Assembly (NCBI GenBank): GCA_046482545.1
Contig: JAWOEX010000027.1
Coordinates: forward strand, 1 to 45,156
Length of the DNA: 45,156 nt
Direction of reading: 5' to 3'
Source of the DNA: Candidatus Thorarchaeota archaeon
Lineage (GTDB): Archaea; Asgardarchaeota; Thorarchaeia; Thorarchaeales; Thorarchaeaceae
Shown: positions 7,828 through 17,325 of the stretch, piece after piece
Numbering within the stretch: the stretch's first letter is position 1
Layout: every line of letters begins with the position of its first letter
Translations under genes and position numbers: made by a program
Notes under the pieces: model-generated
Told to the model about the DNA's origin: nothing
The model's input: only the letters and a program-made list of their open reading frames with translations
Database searches by the model: none

Positions 7828-9312
7828 GTGAACGATGAAAATAATAATGTGAGTAGTTCTGGGGAAGGAGAATCAATGGAAAGAACGCCGATAGATGTTC
7901 TTCTGGAGGGCATCGAAAACAAGATTTCCAGCCCAGAGTTCCAGAAGACAGTCATTTCTACAGTAGGATCAATAGTCCTTGCGATGCTTATCGCTGCCCT
8001 TGTCATGATAATGACAGGTTACAATCCTCTCCTTGCTTACGTAGCGTTGATGAGAGCCGCTATGGTCCAGTGGGCTCAAGTCTTCTTCAGTGCTACTCCA
8101 CTCATCTTTACAGGGTTATCGGTAGCTTTCGCCTTCAAATGTGGGCTCTTCAATATTGGCGCTGAGGGACAGGTTTACGTTGGTTCACTGGCTGCGACCA
8201 TCACTGGCTATGCAATCAGCCTACCGGTGGTTATTCATCCAATTATAGCACTTGCTGTTGGGGCCTTTGTCGGGGGTTTGTGGGGATTCTTGCCGGGTCT
8301 TCTCCGGGCATATAGAGGAGCTCATGAAGTAGTTACAACGATGATGCTCAGCTATATAGCTATTCTGCTCACTCATTGGTTAGTTGCTGGTCCATTCTTG
8401 GAACCCGGAAATGAGTACATCCTTCAAACCCGTTTAATCAATACAACTGCTGAACTTCCGTTTCTGCTCGGCAATTTCTTGAGCTGGGGCTTCATTATTG
8501 CTCTGCTGGCTGTTGTGGCGGTAGATATTCTGATAAACAGAACCGTCCTAGGATATGAAATGAGGGCAGTAGGATCCAACTTGGAAGCAGCAGAATATGC
8601 GGGCATTAATGCCAAGGCGAAGATGGCCCTTTCATTAGCCATCGCTGGTGCCCTTTCGGGGCTAGCTGGCGCCGGTCAAATCCTAGGATATCATCATCGG
8701 TTCATTGATGGGTGGTCTTCCGGACTCGGATGGGATGGCATAACTGTAGCTGTACTCGGGGCAAACAACCCTTGGGGTGTTCTCATGGGCGCGCTATTCT
8801 TTGGAGCTTTGAATGTTGGTGGTAGGAGTATGCAAAGACTTGCAGGAGTTCCAAGCGAAATGGTCAGCCTCATTCAGGGACTGATAGTTGTTTTTGTTGC
8901 AGCGCCAAGAATAATGGATTGGCTTGCTGATAGAGGAATCGAACAGGCAAAATGGATGAAAGAAAAGCCGAAAATGGGTATGACGCACTTCCTCTCTATT
9001 GCCATTACTCTAGCTGCTTCTTTAATTGGATTCACTCTTGTCGGGCCGTACGGGACAGTTCATTTCGCTGCTTCGGGACTTGTCATGGTTGCTGCTGGAA
9101 TTGGAGTTTCGGGAGCCGTACTAATGCTCACTAACAAGAGACTTGGGCTTAAAGTTGGAATTGTGTCTGGTCTATTCTGGCTATCAGTGGGTGCGGTAGG
9201 TTTAGCAACAGGCGATTTGGCTATGATTCTAGCCTCTATGATTCTTGGTGGCCTGACTATGATTTTCGATTTGATATCCTATTATCTGATAGGACCAGAG
9301 GAGGAGGTCTGA
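7828..9312 (+). CDS. Nucleoside ABC transporter permease with extra C-terminal membrane segment
   Basis: GLFNIGAEGQ, HEVVTTMML, GWDGITVA.LG motifs; about 130 additional hydrophobic residues at the C-terminus. Confidence 0.9.
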   Translation: MNDENNNVSSSGEGESMERTPIDVLLEGIENKISSPEFQKTVISTVGSIVLAMLIAALVMIMTGYNPLLAYVALMRAAMVQWAQVFFSATPLIFTGLSVAFAFKCGLFNIGAEGQVYVGSLAATITGYAISLPVVIHPIIALAVGAFVGGLWGFLPGLLRAYRGAHEVVTTMMLSYIAILLTHWLVAGPFLEPGNEYILQTRLINTTAELPFLLGNFLSWGFIIALLAVVAVDILINRTVLGYEMRAVGSNLEAAEYAGINAKAKMALSLAIAGALSGLAGAGQILGYHHRFIDGWSSGLGWDGITVAVLGANNPWGVLMGALFFGALNVGGRSMQRLAGVPSEMVSLIQGLIVVFVAAPRIMDWLADRGIEQAKWMKEKPKMGMTHFLSIAITLAASLIGFTLVGPYGTVHFAASGLVMVAAGIGVSGAVLMLTNKRLGLKVGIVSGLFWLSVGAVGLATGDLAMILASMILGGLTMIFDLISYYLIGPEEEV

Positions 9313-9316
9313 TAGA

Positions 9317-10273
9317 ATGCAACTTACACACTTTACGATTTTGATGCTCGGATGGTTGGTTAAATCTACCCTGCAGATGGGCACTCCGTTAGTTCTCACA
9401 GCACTGGGTGGTATGTTCTCAGAGAGGTCAGGCGTGGTCAACATTGGACTTGAGGGAATGATGCTTACCGGGGCGTTTGCTGGCGCGGTTGGTACCTATT
9501 ATTCTGGAAATCCGTGGCTGGGTGTTTTTATTGGAATAATAGGCGGAGGAATTCTAGGATTGCTCCACGCAATCATTTGTGTCAAGTTCAAAGGAAATCA
9601 AATCGTCAGTGGTACGGGTTTAATACTCATAGGCTTCGGACTGAGTACGTTGGGTCTTCAAGTGGTGTGGGGAAGGAAGGGACGATCCGATGAAGTACCA
9701 GGTATTCCCCCTGTGGAGCTACCATTCATAAGGAGCATACCAGGCATAGGAACTGCGATTGGTAACCTCTCCCCCATTATCTATCTGATGTTTGTGGTTG
9801 TGGTGATTTCTTGGTATGTGCTTTACAAGACTCCTTTTGGGCTCCGAATCAGAGCTTCGGGAGAAGATCCAAGCACCCTCGATACAGCAGGCGTTGACGT
9901 TGAATGGGTTAGATTAGTAGCCGTAGTTATCAGCGGTTGCTTGGCTGGACTTGCTGGTGCCTATCTATCACTAGGATTCGAAAACGCCTTTGCGAAGAAC
10001 ATGACCAGTGGAAGAGGATTTATCTCATTGGCAGCCATGATTTTTGGTAACTGGACACCCATCGGTTGTTTCCTCGCGGGGATGTTCTTCGGTTTCCTCG
10101 ACGGTCTCCAGTATGCCTTACAAATCACACTCGGAATGGAAGTTGTCTCTCAATACCTAAGTTTCATTCAGATGATACCGTACGTTCTTGTCATCATAGC
10201 CCTGGCAGGTATTCGCAGGGCTGTACCGCCAGCATCCGTTGGTGAGGCCTATGAGAAGGAGGCGCGTGTGTAG
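9317..10273 (+). CDS. Nucleoside ABC transporter permease
   Basis: SERSGVVNIGLEGMML, TPFGLRIRA.GE.P, GRGFI.LAAMIFG.W.P motifs. Confidence 0.92.
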   Translation: MQLTHFTILMLGWLVKSTLQMGTPLVLTALGGMFSERSGVVNIGLEGMMLTGAFAGAVGTYYSGNPWLGVFIGIIGGGILGLLHAIICVKFKGNQIVSGTGLILIGFGLSTLGLQVVWGRKGRSDEVPGIPPVELPFIRSIPGIGTAIGNLSPIIYLMFVVVVISWYVLYKTPFGLRIRASGEDPSTLDTAGVDVEWVRLVAVVISGCLAGLAGAYLSLGFENAFAKNMTSGRGFISLAAMIFGNWTPIGCFLAGMFFGFLDGLQYALQITLGMEVVSQYLSFIQMIPYVLVIIALAGIRRAVPPASVGEAYEKEARV

Positions 10274-10275
10274 AA

Positions 10276-10725
10276 GTGGCACGTATTCACAATCAGACGC
10301 CGCTCATGTTATGTGTGCTGGGCGGCATCTTGATAGTCTTCTCGGGATTTAGCGGCACAATAGGCTTTATTGGGGGCGTGGCATATGGCTTCGACGAACT
10401 ATTTGGTCCAGACGGTGTTCTCACTCTGGAAATAATGGCGGGAATCCTAGCGATATTCACCGTACTTGGCGGAATAGGAGTGATAACAACGGGCTTTGTT
10501 CTAACTACTAAATACGTTCGTCAAGCGAGAATGGCAATAACAGTTTTCGTAGCGATGACTATTTCTGGTCTCGTAGTGACACTGGCCAATTTAACGCTGT
10601 CTGGACAATTTGCGATGGGGCTTATGTTCCAATTCATGCAGTCCCTTGGATGGTTAGGTGCCACACTCGCAGTTGTCGCTCGAATAATCTCTCAACAGAA
10701 ACCTATTATTTCACCATCCACTTAG
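10276..10725 (+). CDS. Hypothetical 4-TM membrane protein
   Basis: 149-aa hydrophobic ORF 2 nt after the permease stop. Confidence 0.7.
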   Translation: MARIHNQTPLMLCVLGGILIVFSGFSGTIGFIGGVAYGFDELFGPDGVLTLEIMAGILAIFTVLGGIGVITTGFVLTTKYVRQARMAITVFVAMTISGLVVTLANLTLSGQFAMGLMFQFMQSLGWLGATLAVVARIISQQKPIISPST

Positions 10726-10799
10726 AAGCTGAACATAGAAGTAGTGCGCTCGATGCTCTTCTGGAGCTCGCCTGCATTCTTTGAGTATGCCGTTCTTAT

Positions 10800-11096
10800 C
10801 TGTGTCCACGGTGATTTGAATGGTATCCATCCCGCGGCCCTAGTTTCTGTATCCTGTCGGGTTCCTGGGTCATCACTCCGGCGACAGCGAGGCCTTCCGT
10901 GAAGAAGCACATGTCTTCCTCGCAGCTTTCGACGACATGCTTCGTGTCACAGCACTAGGCCACTTGCCTAGTTCTGATGGAACGGGGTTCCGTACTGGAA
11001 CTAATAACCTCGCCCGTTTTTGGCCCTTAGAAGACTTGCAGGAATTCTTACATTTTTCTAAGCTGATTATTTAGCATTCTGAAATATTTTTGTTAT
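10800..11096 (-). repeat. Compact/diverged third copy of the structured element
   Basis: Shares GTCCACG..CCCGCGG.CCT.G.TTCT, CATCACTCCGGCGACAG.GAGG, CAGCTTTCG, CACTAG.CCACTTGCCTAGT.CT, ACTGG.ACTAATAA and TTGCA.GAA.TCTTACA with copies 1 and 2. Ends GTTAT (11092-11096) followed by TCAGG. Lacks ~140 nt internally; no recognisable other terminus. Confidence 0.85.
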
Positions 11097-11386
11097 TCAG
11101 GAAGGCCTGTTTATTGTTACTTCAACCAACAAGACTTTTCTTGTTTTGAAGAACGATGACTCTGTCGGGTGCCTTTCTGTGGTCAATACAATCAAACGAA
11201 CGACGCGGATTATGCAAAGGGATTACTTTTCAATAAGTGGAGTATACCTTCAGCTGTGAAAACCCATAACTGCTTCTGCAACGGAAAACATGAAACTGGG
11301 GTCAGATGTGCCAAAGATGTTGGTAGTACGGCAACAGAACAAACAAGACTCTACAATCAAGATAATAAGATTCCTCAGCAATTGTA

Positions 11387-11989
11387 CTAGGAAGGGGGTG
11401 ACCTGGCGATCTTGATAGCTTTGGCAAAAAGGAAAGATCTCAAATGGAGTTCGTCGTTGGTTATAGTGGTCTTCAGACGATTATTGTCTACCGAGAACCC
11501 ATGACGTAAGGCGACGTTTTTCAGGCGAGGTGATATTATCTCTGAACTCTTTAGCTTGTAGTTGAACCATTCATCGGGTGAATCACCGCGAATCCTGCAT
11601 TTGAGTTGGATATCCACATCCTCTAGAGTAACGTTGAACTTCTTGCCAATCTGGTGACGTATGGGCGTATTTCGTCCGAAAACCCCATGTAGGACTGATT
11701 CTGTGTAATCGACTGCTGGAGCTGGTAGGAAAGCCCATGACCAGAATGCATAGCCGAAGAACAAAAGTGCACAAGCTAGGAAAAAACCGACAGTGTTGTA
11801 GGAGACCACAACTTCGAGACCTTCCGCCCAACCAGGTGGAACCCAGTCGGGAGGAGGGGTATCAAAGCGGTAAATACCCGGACTATAGAACAAGTAGAGT
11901 GTAACACAGAAGACGGCTATTGATGCTGCTAGCGCAAGACGTTGTCTGTCTATGTATAGGCCCCGTGCACGTTCAAGGAGTCTGTTCAT
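11387..11989 (-). CDS. Hypothetical membrane protein (2 TM plus soluble domain)
   Basis: Long ORF with two hydrophobic helices. ATG at 11989 follows a GGAGG and overlaps the upstream gene's stop; the ORF track extends it to 12049. Confidence 0.65.
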   Translation of the reverse strand: MNRLLERARGLYIDRQRLALAASIAVFCVTLYLFYSPGIYRFDTPPPDWVPPGWAEGLEVVVSYNTVGFFLACALLFFGYAFWSWAFLPAPAVDYTESVLHGVFGRNTPIRHQIGKKFNVTLEDVDIQLKCRIRGDSPDEWFNYKLKSSEIISPRLKNVALRHGFSVDNNRLKTTITNDELHLRSFLFAKAIKIARSPPS

Positions 11990-12342
11990 CAGCTTTCCTC
12001 CAGCGAATTGAGGTAGAGCTCGCGTGCTGTCTCTCCATACTCTCGACACATTTTCACCAGCACCTTCAAGAGGGGGTGCTCGTTGTTGATGCGTATAGCA
12101 TAGAGTCTAGGTGTTAACTCATCAACCATGATTAACTCGTCCTCTTGGAGACGATCCAGGACCCCTCTGTACAGGCTCCTCGATTTTCCGCTGTAGCCGA
12201 TGAGTCGACTGAGCTGAACTCCACTGACGCTCCGCGGATAGATGTGGGCCAGTGCCAAGAGGATAGCCCGTTTTGTTTGATTCAACGAAGACATCAATTG
12301 GATGACCTCGTAAGCGGAGCGAAGCATATCCTCATCATCCAA
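11989..12342 (-). CDS. Winged-helix DNA-binding protein (putative regulator)
   Basis: LNQTKRAILLAL....SVSGVQLSRLIG.S....LY..VL.RL....LI wHTH-like pattern. Confidence 0.6.
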   Translation of the reverse strand: MDDEDMLRSAYEVIQLMSSLNQTKRAILLALAHIYPRSVSGVQLSRLIGYSGKSRSLYRGVLDRLQEDELIMVDELTPRLYAIRINNEHPLLKVLVKMCREYGETARELYLNSLEES

Positions 12343-12569
12343 TTGTAATCATCCCTCTATCTACTTGCTTGTGCATCATTATACACAATGCTGATCCTTT
12401 GTGCACCCAGTTTTTGATATCTCTCATACATTTGTTTTTGTTAATGCATTAGATATATCGTTAACTCGGTATCTGTAGAATGGCCTATTTCTACTTTTGG
12501 AACCAAGACACCAAAGTGTTAATAGCCTGAACGTAAGGAATACCTTAGAACTGAATTATCTAGGAGGAT

Positions 12570-13145
12570 ATGACAATTAGCACATTCGGATCGAAATACT
12601 TCGGATGGCTTGCCGCGCTAGGTATAGTATTAGCCTTAGGTTGGTTCTTGCTTCCGGAAGGTTACAATACACTTGTCCTATGGCTCGCTCCGCAGCTTGG
12701 AAATTACATCCGTCCCTTACTGGTTATGATTAACATATTGCTCGTTAATCCACTGAATAACATAACCATGGTAGTTGTATGGGCGGGGGCTGGTTTTATT
12801 GGAGGTGTTATGGCAGGCACTAAGAAGGGCGCTTTTGTTGTTGGAATTATGACTTGGATTAGCTGTGTGCTGATCACCGTATTTTGTGCGTTTCAGCTAT
12901 TCATGTCAGGAGTCGAAATGGGAACCTTACCACCAATTCCCCAAGGTACATCCATAACGGACGTCCTAAGCATCCCGCTTGTTCAGTCTATGATTGATGA
13001 AGTAATTGGGATGATTGCAGGCTCCTCTGGTGGCACACCAGATATTTCTGCTATTCTTACGCCACTTCTCATTTACCTATTAATCCCAGTAGTTATCGTG
13101 ATAGTGGCTGGGATCGTCGGGGCAATGGTTAGGCCAAAGGAGTGA
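12570..13145 (+). CDS. Hypothetical membrane protein
   Basis: 191 aa, several TM helices, AGGAGG upstream. Confidence 0.75.
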   Translation: MTISTFGSKYFGWLAALGIVLALGWFLLPEGYNTLVLWLAPQLGNYIRPLLVMINILLVNPLNNITMVVVWAGAGFIGGVMAGTKKGAFVVGIMTWISCVLITVFCAFQLFMSGVEMGTLPPIPQGTSITDVLSIPLVQSMIDEVIGMIAGSSGGTPDISAILTPLLIYLLIPVVIVIVAGIVGAMVRPKE

Positions 13146-13157
13146 GTGTGATAGAAC

Positions 13158-14801
13158 ATGAGATTAGAACGGAAAATCATAACAATTAGTTTCATAGTAG
13201 CATTTCTGGTTATTCCATCAGTTGTCGCAGCAGCCAGCACGTCTCCGGCTTTTGCTCCGGCACAAAATCCAGAAGAGATTATGGGTGAGCTTCTTGATGA
13301 AGGAGCAGAGATCCTGTTGAGTAGCATCGATCAAGAGGGAGTCCCTCGTGTGCTCTACGGTCAGCTCGGTCTTCCTTCCGATGCTCTTGCTATTGAAGAC
13401 GAGATGTACGATGATTGCATGGCGCTGGCTCTTGTGGCGACCCAAGGTGAGTTCTTGAATTATGTGTTCGAGCTTGTAGGACTGTCGGAGATGACCGGCG
13501 GCGGTGGGCTTGGAGAAGATGGATTTACTCCTTCCCAATTCGACGGAGGCATGGACATGAGTGGAATCATGGACTATCTGGGCGATGAATTCACATTGAT
13601 GTTTGGTGCTTATCTGAACATTGATGAATCAACAGCCCAAAGCCGCATGGCCTCTGTTCGCAGTCATCTTCACAGCGCAGACGGATTTGGATTCAATTTC
13701 GCTGAGCTGCTCACTCTAAGAATAGATGAAAGCACGATTCCGGAGGAGGAGAACGTTACTTTACCGTTCGATTCAATTGACCTCTTTCTCTATGAGGTGT
13801 CGAACCCATTCGATGATGCGGTTTCCGCTGTATTGGACGGTCTTTCCCATGATGGTTTGCTCGGTTCAATTGATGAAACGGTCTTCACCAATGCTCGAGG
13901 GTCTGCAGCTGGAATGCTTGCAATACCAGATATCGCCAATTTGGTTCAGGTGTTTGAAGGTAGTTCACAGCCGGCGACCTTACCCGACTTTGCAATAGCT
14001 CAGAATCCTTTTGAGAACGTTACAGGTCCGATCGCTATCGCGGCTGCAGGCTATGTAGGTGAACAACACCTTGCCCTCGGAGATACTGAACTGAAACTAT
14101 CCAGCCTTGTCGGTTCTCCAACTGAGTTCAGTCCCCTTCCAGATGGACTCTCAGTGGTGATGGCTGATATGCCAGTTACGAGCAATATCACTGGCTATAG
14201 CCCGAACGTTGCCAACATGAGCTTCTATGATAATAGTTCCAAAGCAGTATTCTGGAATTCCACTGGTATTGGTACAGTGTCTGATTACATTCTCTATTTC
14301 GAGAGCGATTCCTTCCCGCCGAACGTGACCATCTCAAGGAGTTTCAGTCCCGAGGCGGTTGCGGTTGGAGGAACCACCACGGTCACGGTTACCGTAACTA
14401 ATAATGGCGACAGTCCAATCACTAACATCACTGTCAGTGATACTGGCCTGAGTACAATATATGATACCGTAACAGTCGACGGGAATACACAAACGACCGC
14501 TAGTTCAGTTTCACCTGGTGACAGTATGACCATGGAGTATACAGTCACATTCCCCAACGAAGGAAGTTACTCCTTCTCAGGTGCTGCGGTGATGTACGAA
14601 TACGATGGCACGTTGTATGACAAGAATACTGATAGACAAAGCGTAATCGTAAAGGCGGAGATTGGGTCTCTATTCATGCAAGGACTGCAGGATGGATGGC
14701 CTTATACACCCATAGCACTAGGATTAGTAGGTCTCGGTGCAGTCTTCAACCTCGTGAGGCTCGTTCGCGGTAGAGGCGGCACAGAAACATACGAAGTTTA
14801 A
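13158..14801 (+). CDS. Secreted, membrane-anchored acidic surface protein with C-terminal DUF11/BatD-like Ig domain
   Basis: Signal peptide; V..GGTTTVTVTVTNNG..PI.NITVSD Ig-like motif; many N-x-S/T sequons; C-terminal TM followed by basic residues. Confidence 0.75.
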   Translation: MRLERKIITISFIVAFLVIPSVVAAASTSPAFAPAQNPEEIMGELLDEGAEILLSSIDQEGVPRVLYGQLGLPSDALAIEDEMYDDCMALALVATQGEFLNYVFELVGLSEMTGGGGLGEDGFTPSQFDGGMDMSGIMDYLGDEFTLMFGAYLNIDESTAQSRMASVRSHLHSADGFGFNFAELLTLRIDESTIPEEENVTLPFDSIDLFLYEVSNPFDDAVSAVLDGLSHDGLLGSIDETVFTNARGSAAGMLAIPDIANLVQVFEGSSQPATLPDFAIAQNPFENVTGPIAIAAAGYVGEQHLALGDTELKLSSLVGSPTEFSPLPDGLSVVMADMPVTSNITGYSPNVANMSFYDNSSKAVFWNSTGIGTVSDYILYFESDSFPPNVTISRSFSPEAVAVGGTTTVTVTVTNNGDSPITNITVSDTGLSTIYDTVTVDGNTQTTASSVSPGDSMTMEYTVTFPNEGSYSFSGAAVMYEYDGTLYDKNTDRQSVIVKAEIGSLFMQGLQDGWPYTPIALGLVGLGAVFNLVRLVRGRGGTETYEV

Positions 14802-14813
14802 AACACATGGTAT

Positions 14814-14853
14814 GGTTCTCAGGCTATCCTGAGAGCCCTTCTTCTCTTTTTTT
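14814..14853 (+). terminator. Hairpin plus pyrimidine/T-tract
   Basis: GGTTCTCAGG-ctat-CCTGAGAGCC followed by cttcttctcTTTTTTT, directly after the stop at 14801. Confidence 0.65.
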
Positions 14854-14903
14854 CAACACCTCATTCAGCACCTTTATGAGAATTGGGCGACTGCTAAGAC
14901 CTA

Positions 14904-15857
14904 GTGACGACAATGGCACTGAGAGATGAATTGGATGGCTATCTCAAACTACCGGAAGCATTCTGGGGTATCCCCCCTCCTACTTCTGGAGAACCGGATG
15001 TTGGTATCCTTGGAGTACCTCATGATCTAACCTCAAGCTATCTTCCAGGATGTAGATTTGCCCCCCGTGAAATACGAAAGGTTACAACAATCAGATGGAC
15101 CCACAGCTATCCTCTGGCTGTTGGCTATAACGAATTCAGAGAGTTCGAGCCTCTAACTGAATCATTGACCCTTGAAGATATCGGTAATCTGGAAATTGAA
15201 CTGAGACTACCGGAACAGGCTATGTATGATATGGCAGGAGCAGCAGAACGACTAGCGTCTTGCTCTAGTAGCATCTACTTCATTGGTGGTGACCATTATA
15301 TCACCTATCCGCTGCTCAAAGGTCTCAGGAAGGGCAATCAAGGGGACTATGGCATCGTCTATCTAGACGCTCATGCTGATTTCAATCCTGATTACGGAGG
15401 CTACCAGCTATCTCATGCTACAACGTTGCGAAGGATTCTTGATGAAGGAATCGTAGAACGGGAGAACATTATTGCGCATGACTTGAGATCAGCTCCTCCG
15501 AGTCATAGAAAGGAGCTTGCTGGAGGAGACAATGTTCCTATTCATACGCTCCAGAGCTTCTCAGATGCAATACAGGAGATTGCCAATAGAACCGATTACG
15601 TATACCTCTCAATCGATATCGACGTACTCAAACCGCATGTCGCTCCGGGAATAAGCCACCCCGAGGCAGGGGGACTTGACTTGGTTGAGTTACTTCAATT
15701 CATACGAGCTTGCTTTGAGACCAACAGAGTGAAGTACGCTGACTTAGTTGAGCTCAATCCGATGAGAGACCCAAACAACATCGCTGCTGTTGCAGCCAGA
15801 GAAATTACAAAGGAAGTACTCACGGGGTTTGCGTTGCACAAGTATAACGCTGAATAA
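14904..15857 (+). CDS. Ureohydrolase (agmatinase/arginase family)
   Basis: G.P.D.TSSY.PG.RFAP, GGDH, DAHAD, SIDID, VELNP motifs. Confidence 0.9.
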   Translation: MTTMALRDELDGYLKLPEAFWGIPPPTSGEPDVGILGVPHDLTSSYLPGCRFAPREIRKVTTIRWTHSYPLAVGYNEFREFEPLTESLTLEDIGNLEIELRLPEQAMYDMAGAAERLASCSSSIYFIGGDHYITYPLLKGLRKGNQGDYGIVYLDAHADFNPDYGGYQLSHATTLRRILDEGIVERENIIAHDLRSAPPSHRKELAGGDNVPIHTLQSFSDAIQEIANRTDYVYLSIDIDVLKPHVAPGISHPEAGGLDLVELLQFIRACFETNRVKYADLVELNPMRDPNNIAAVAAREITKEVLTGFALHKYNAE

Positions 15858-15938
15858 AGCGTAATCCTTAATGCTTTACATCCTTTCAATTGCTGTGTCA
15901 TCGTTCACCACATTCACGGATATATTCACCGGGTAACA

Positions 15939-17324
15939 ATGGAGCCATATTCAATGTCAGATTACGAAGTCATTATTGCTGGAGCAGGAACTGCGGGCTG
16001 CACGACTGCATACGCTCTTGCCAAGGAAGGCCATTCAGTTCTTCTCCTAGATAGGAAAGAGAGAGATCTCATTGGAAAGAAAACATGTGGTGATGCACTT
16101 GGGTATCATCACATTGATGAGCTTAAAGAGCTCATAGGATTTCCGGACCTGCCAGAGGGTATTGTCGAGCATCAAGTCAAAGGGATGCATCTTTGGGCTC
16201 CTGACAGAAAACACAAGCTTCGTTTGGAAGGCCCCACAACCAGGGGCTGTTCATTCAACAGGCTCAAACTCGGTCAGTGGATGGTTTCACTTGCAGAAGA
16301 GCAAGGAGCTGAGGTCAGGGCAGAGACAAGTGCAGTAGCCCTCGTATTCGATGATGACCGTGCAGTAGATGGGGTAACAATCCGGGGACCTGAAGAAACA
16401 GAAGTCCTCCGTAGTGATATTGTCGTAGATGCAACAGGTGCTGCTGGTGTGCTCCGAAGACAGGCTCCAGATTCCTCCCTCATTGAAAAGAAAGTCCTAA
16501 AGCAGGACCAAATGGCTGCTTGGAGATGTATCTATGAGACCCCTTCATATGAATTCGAAGAGCCAGATATTCTTGACATTTACTGGAATCAAGATGTGAC
16601 ACGGGGTGGCTATACCTGGGTATTCCCACAGGGAAAACATCGTGTTAACGTTGGTCTTGGCCTGATGATGTTTGCCGGCTATGGTAATCCAAGAACAATT
16701 TACCAAGACTGGGTGCCAGAGACCTGGGAGTTCATGAAAACCGATAAAGTGGTTCTAGATTGCAGCGGAGGGACAGCTCCTGTTAGAAGACCAATCGATA
16801 CGATGGTGGATGACAGCTTCATGCTGGTTGGCGATGCGGCCTGCCAGGTTAATCCGGTACATGGTGGAGGAATAGGCTCTTCCATGCTGGGGGGTGCACA
16901 CGCTGGCCGTACAGCATCACGGTGTCTCAATGAAGGAGACACATCGAAAGAGAACATGTGGTCGTACAACATTGATTACATGGAGAGTTACGGGATCAAA
17001 CAGGCGTCACTAGACCTGTTCCGCTGGTTCCTTCTCAACATCGAGAATGAAGACATCAATTACGCCTTTAGGAAAGGGATTATCAAATCCGATGATTTAC
17101 TTCAGGTTAGCATGACAGGGGGGCTGCAGATTGGAATAGCTGAGAAATTGAAAAGACTCGTATCCGGCTTAGGCAGGATTGGTCTAGTGCGGAGGGTGAA
17201 CAAAATCGCCAGCTTGATGGATGAAATTAAGGCCCTTTACCGACAGTATCCTCGAAATCCTGAGGATTTGAAAGCGTGGAAACTGAAACTAAATCCCCTC
17301 TATGATGCAGCGAAGGTCCTGTGA
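15939..17324 (+). CDS. Geranylgeranyl reductase-family flavoprotein (DGGGPL reductase-like)
   Basis: GAGTAG Rossmann motif, K.CGDA, GGY.WVFP, VGDAA.QVNP.HGGGI. Confidence 0.88.
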   Translation: MEPYSMSDYEVIIAGAGTAGCTTAYALAKEGHSVLLLDRKERDLIGKKTCGDALGYHHIDELKELIGFPDLPEGIVEHQVKGMHLWAPDRKHKLRLEGPTTRGCSFNRLKLGQWMVSLAEEQGAEVRAETSAVALVFDDDRAVDGVTIRGPEETEVLRSDIVVDATGAAGVLRRQAPDSSLIEKKVLKQDQMAAWRCIYETPSYEFEEPDILDIYWNQDVTRGGYTWVFPQGKHRVNVGLGLMMFAGYGNPRTIYQDWVPETWEFMKTDKVVLDCSGGTAPVRRPIDTMVDDSFMLVGDAACQVNPVHGGGIGSSMLGGAHAGRTASRCLNEGDTSKENMWSYNIDYMESYGIKQASLDLFRWFLLNIENEDINYAFRKGIIKSDDLLQVSMTGGLQIGIAEKLKRLVSGLGRIGLVRRVNKIASLMDEIKALYRQYPRNPEDLKAWKLKLNPLYDAAKVL

Positions 17325-17325
17325 T

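Noticed and set aside
11169-11390. 73-aa ORF next to copy 3
   Set aside because: No recognisable motif or RBS; probably spurious. The 11100-11390 stretch remains unexplained.
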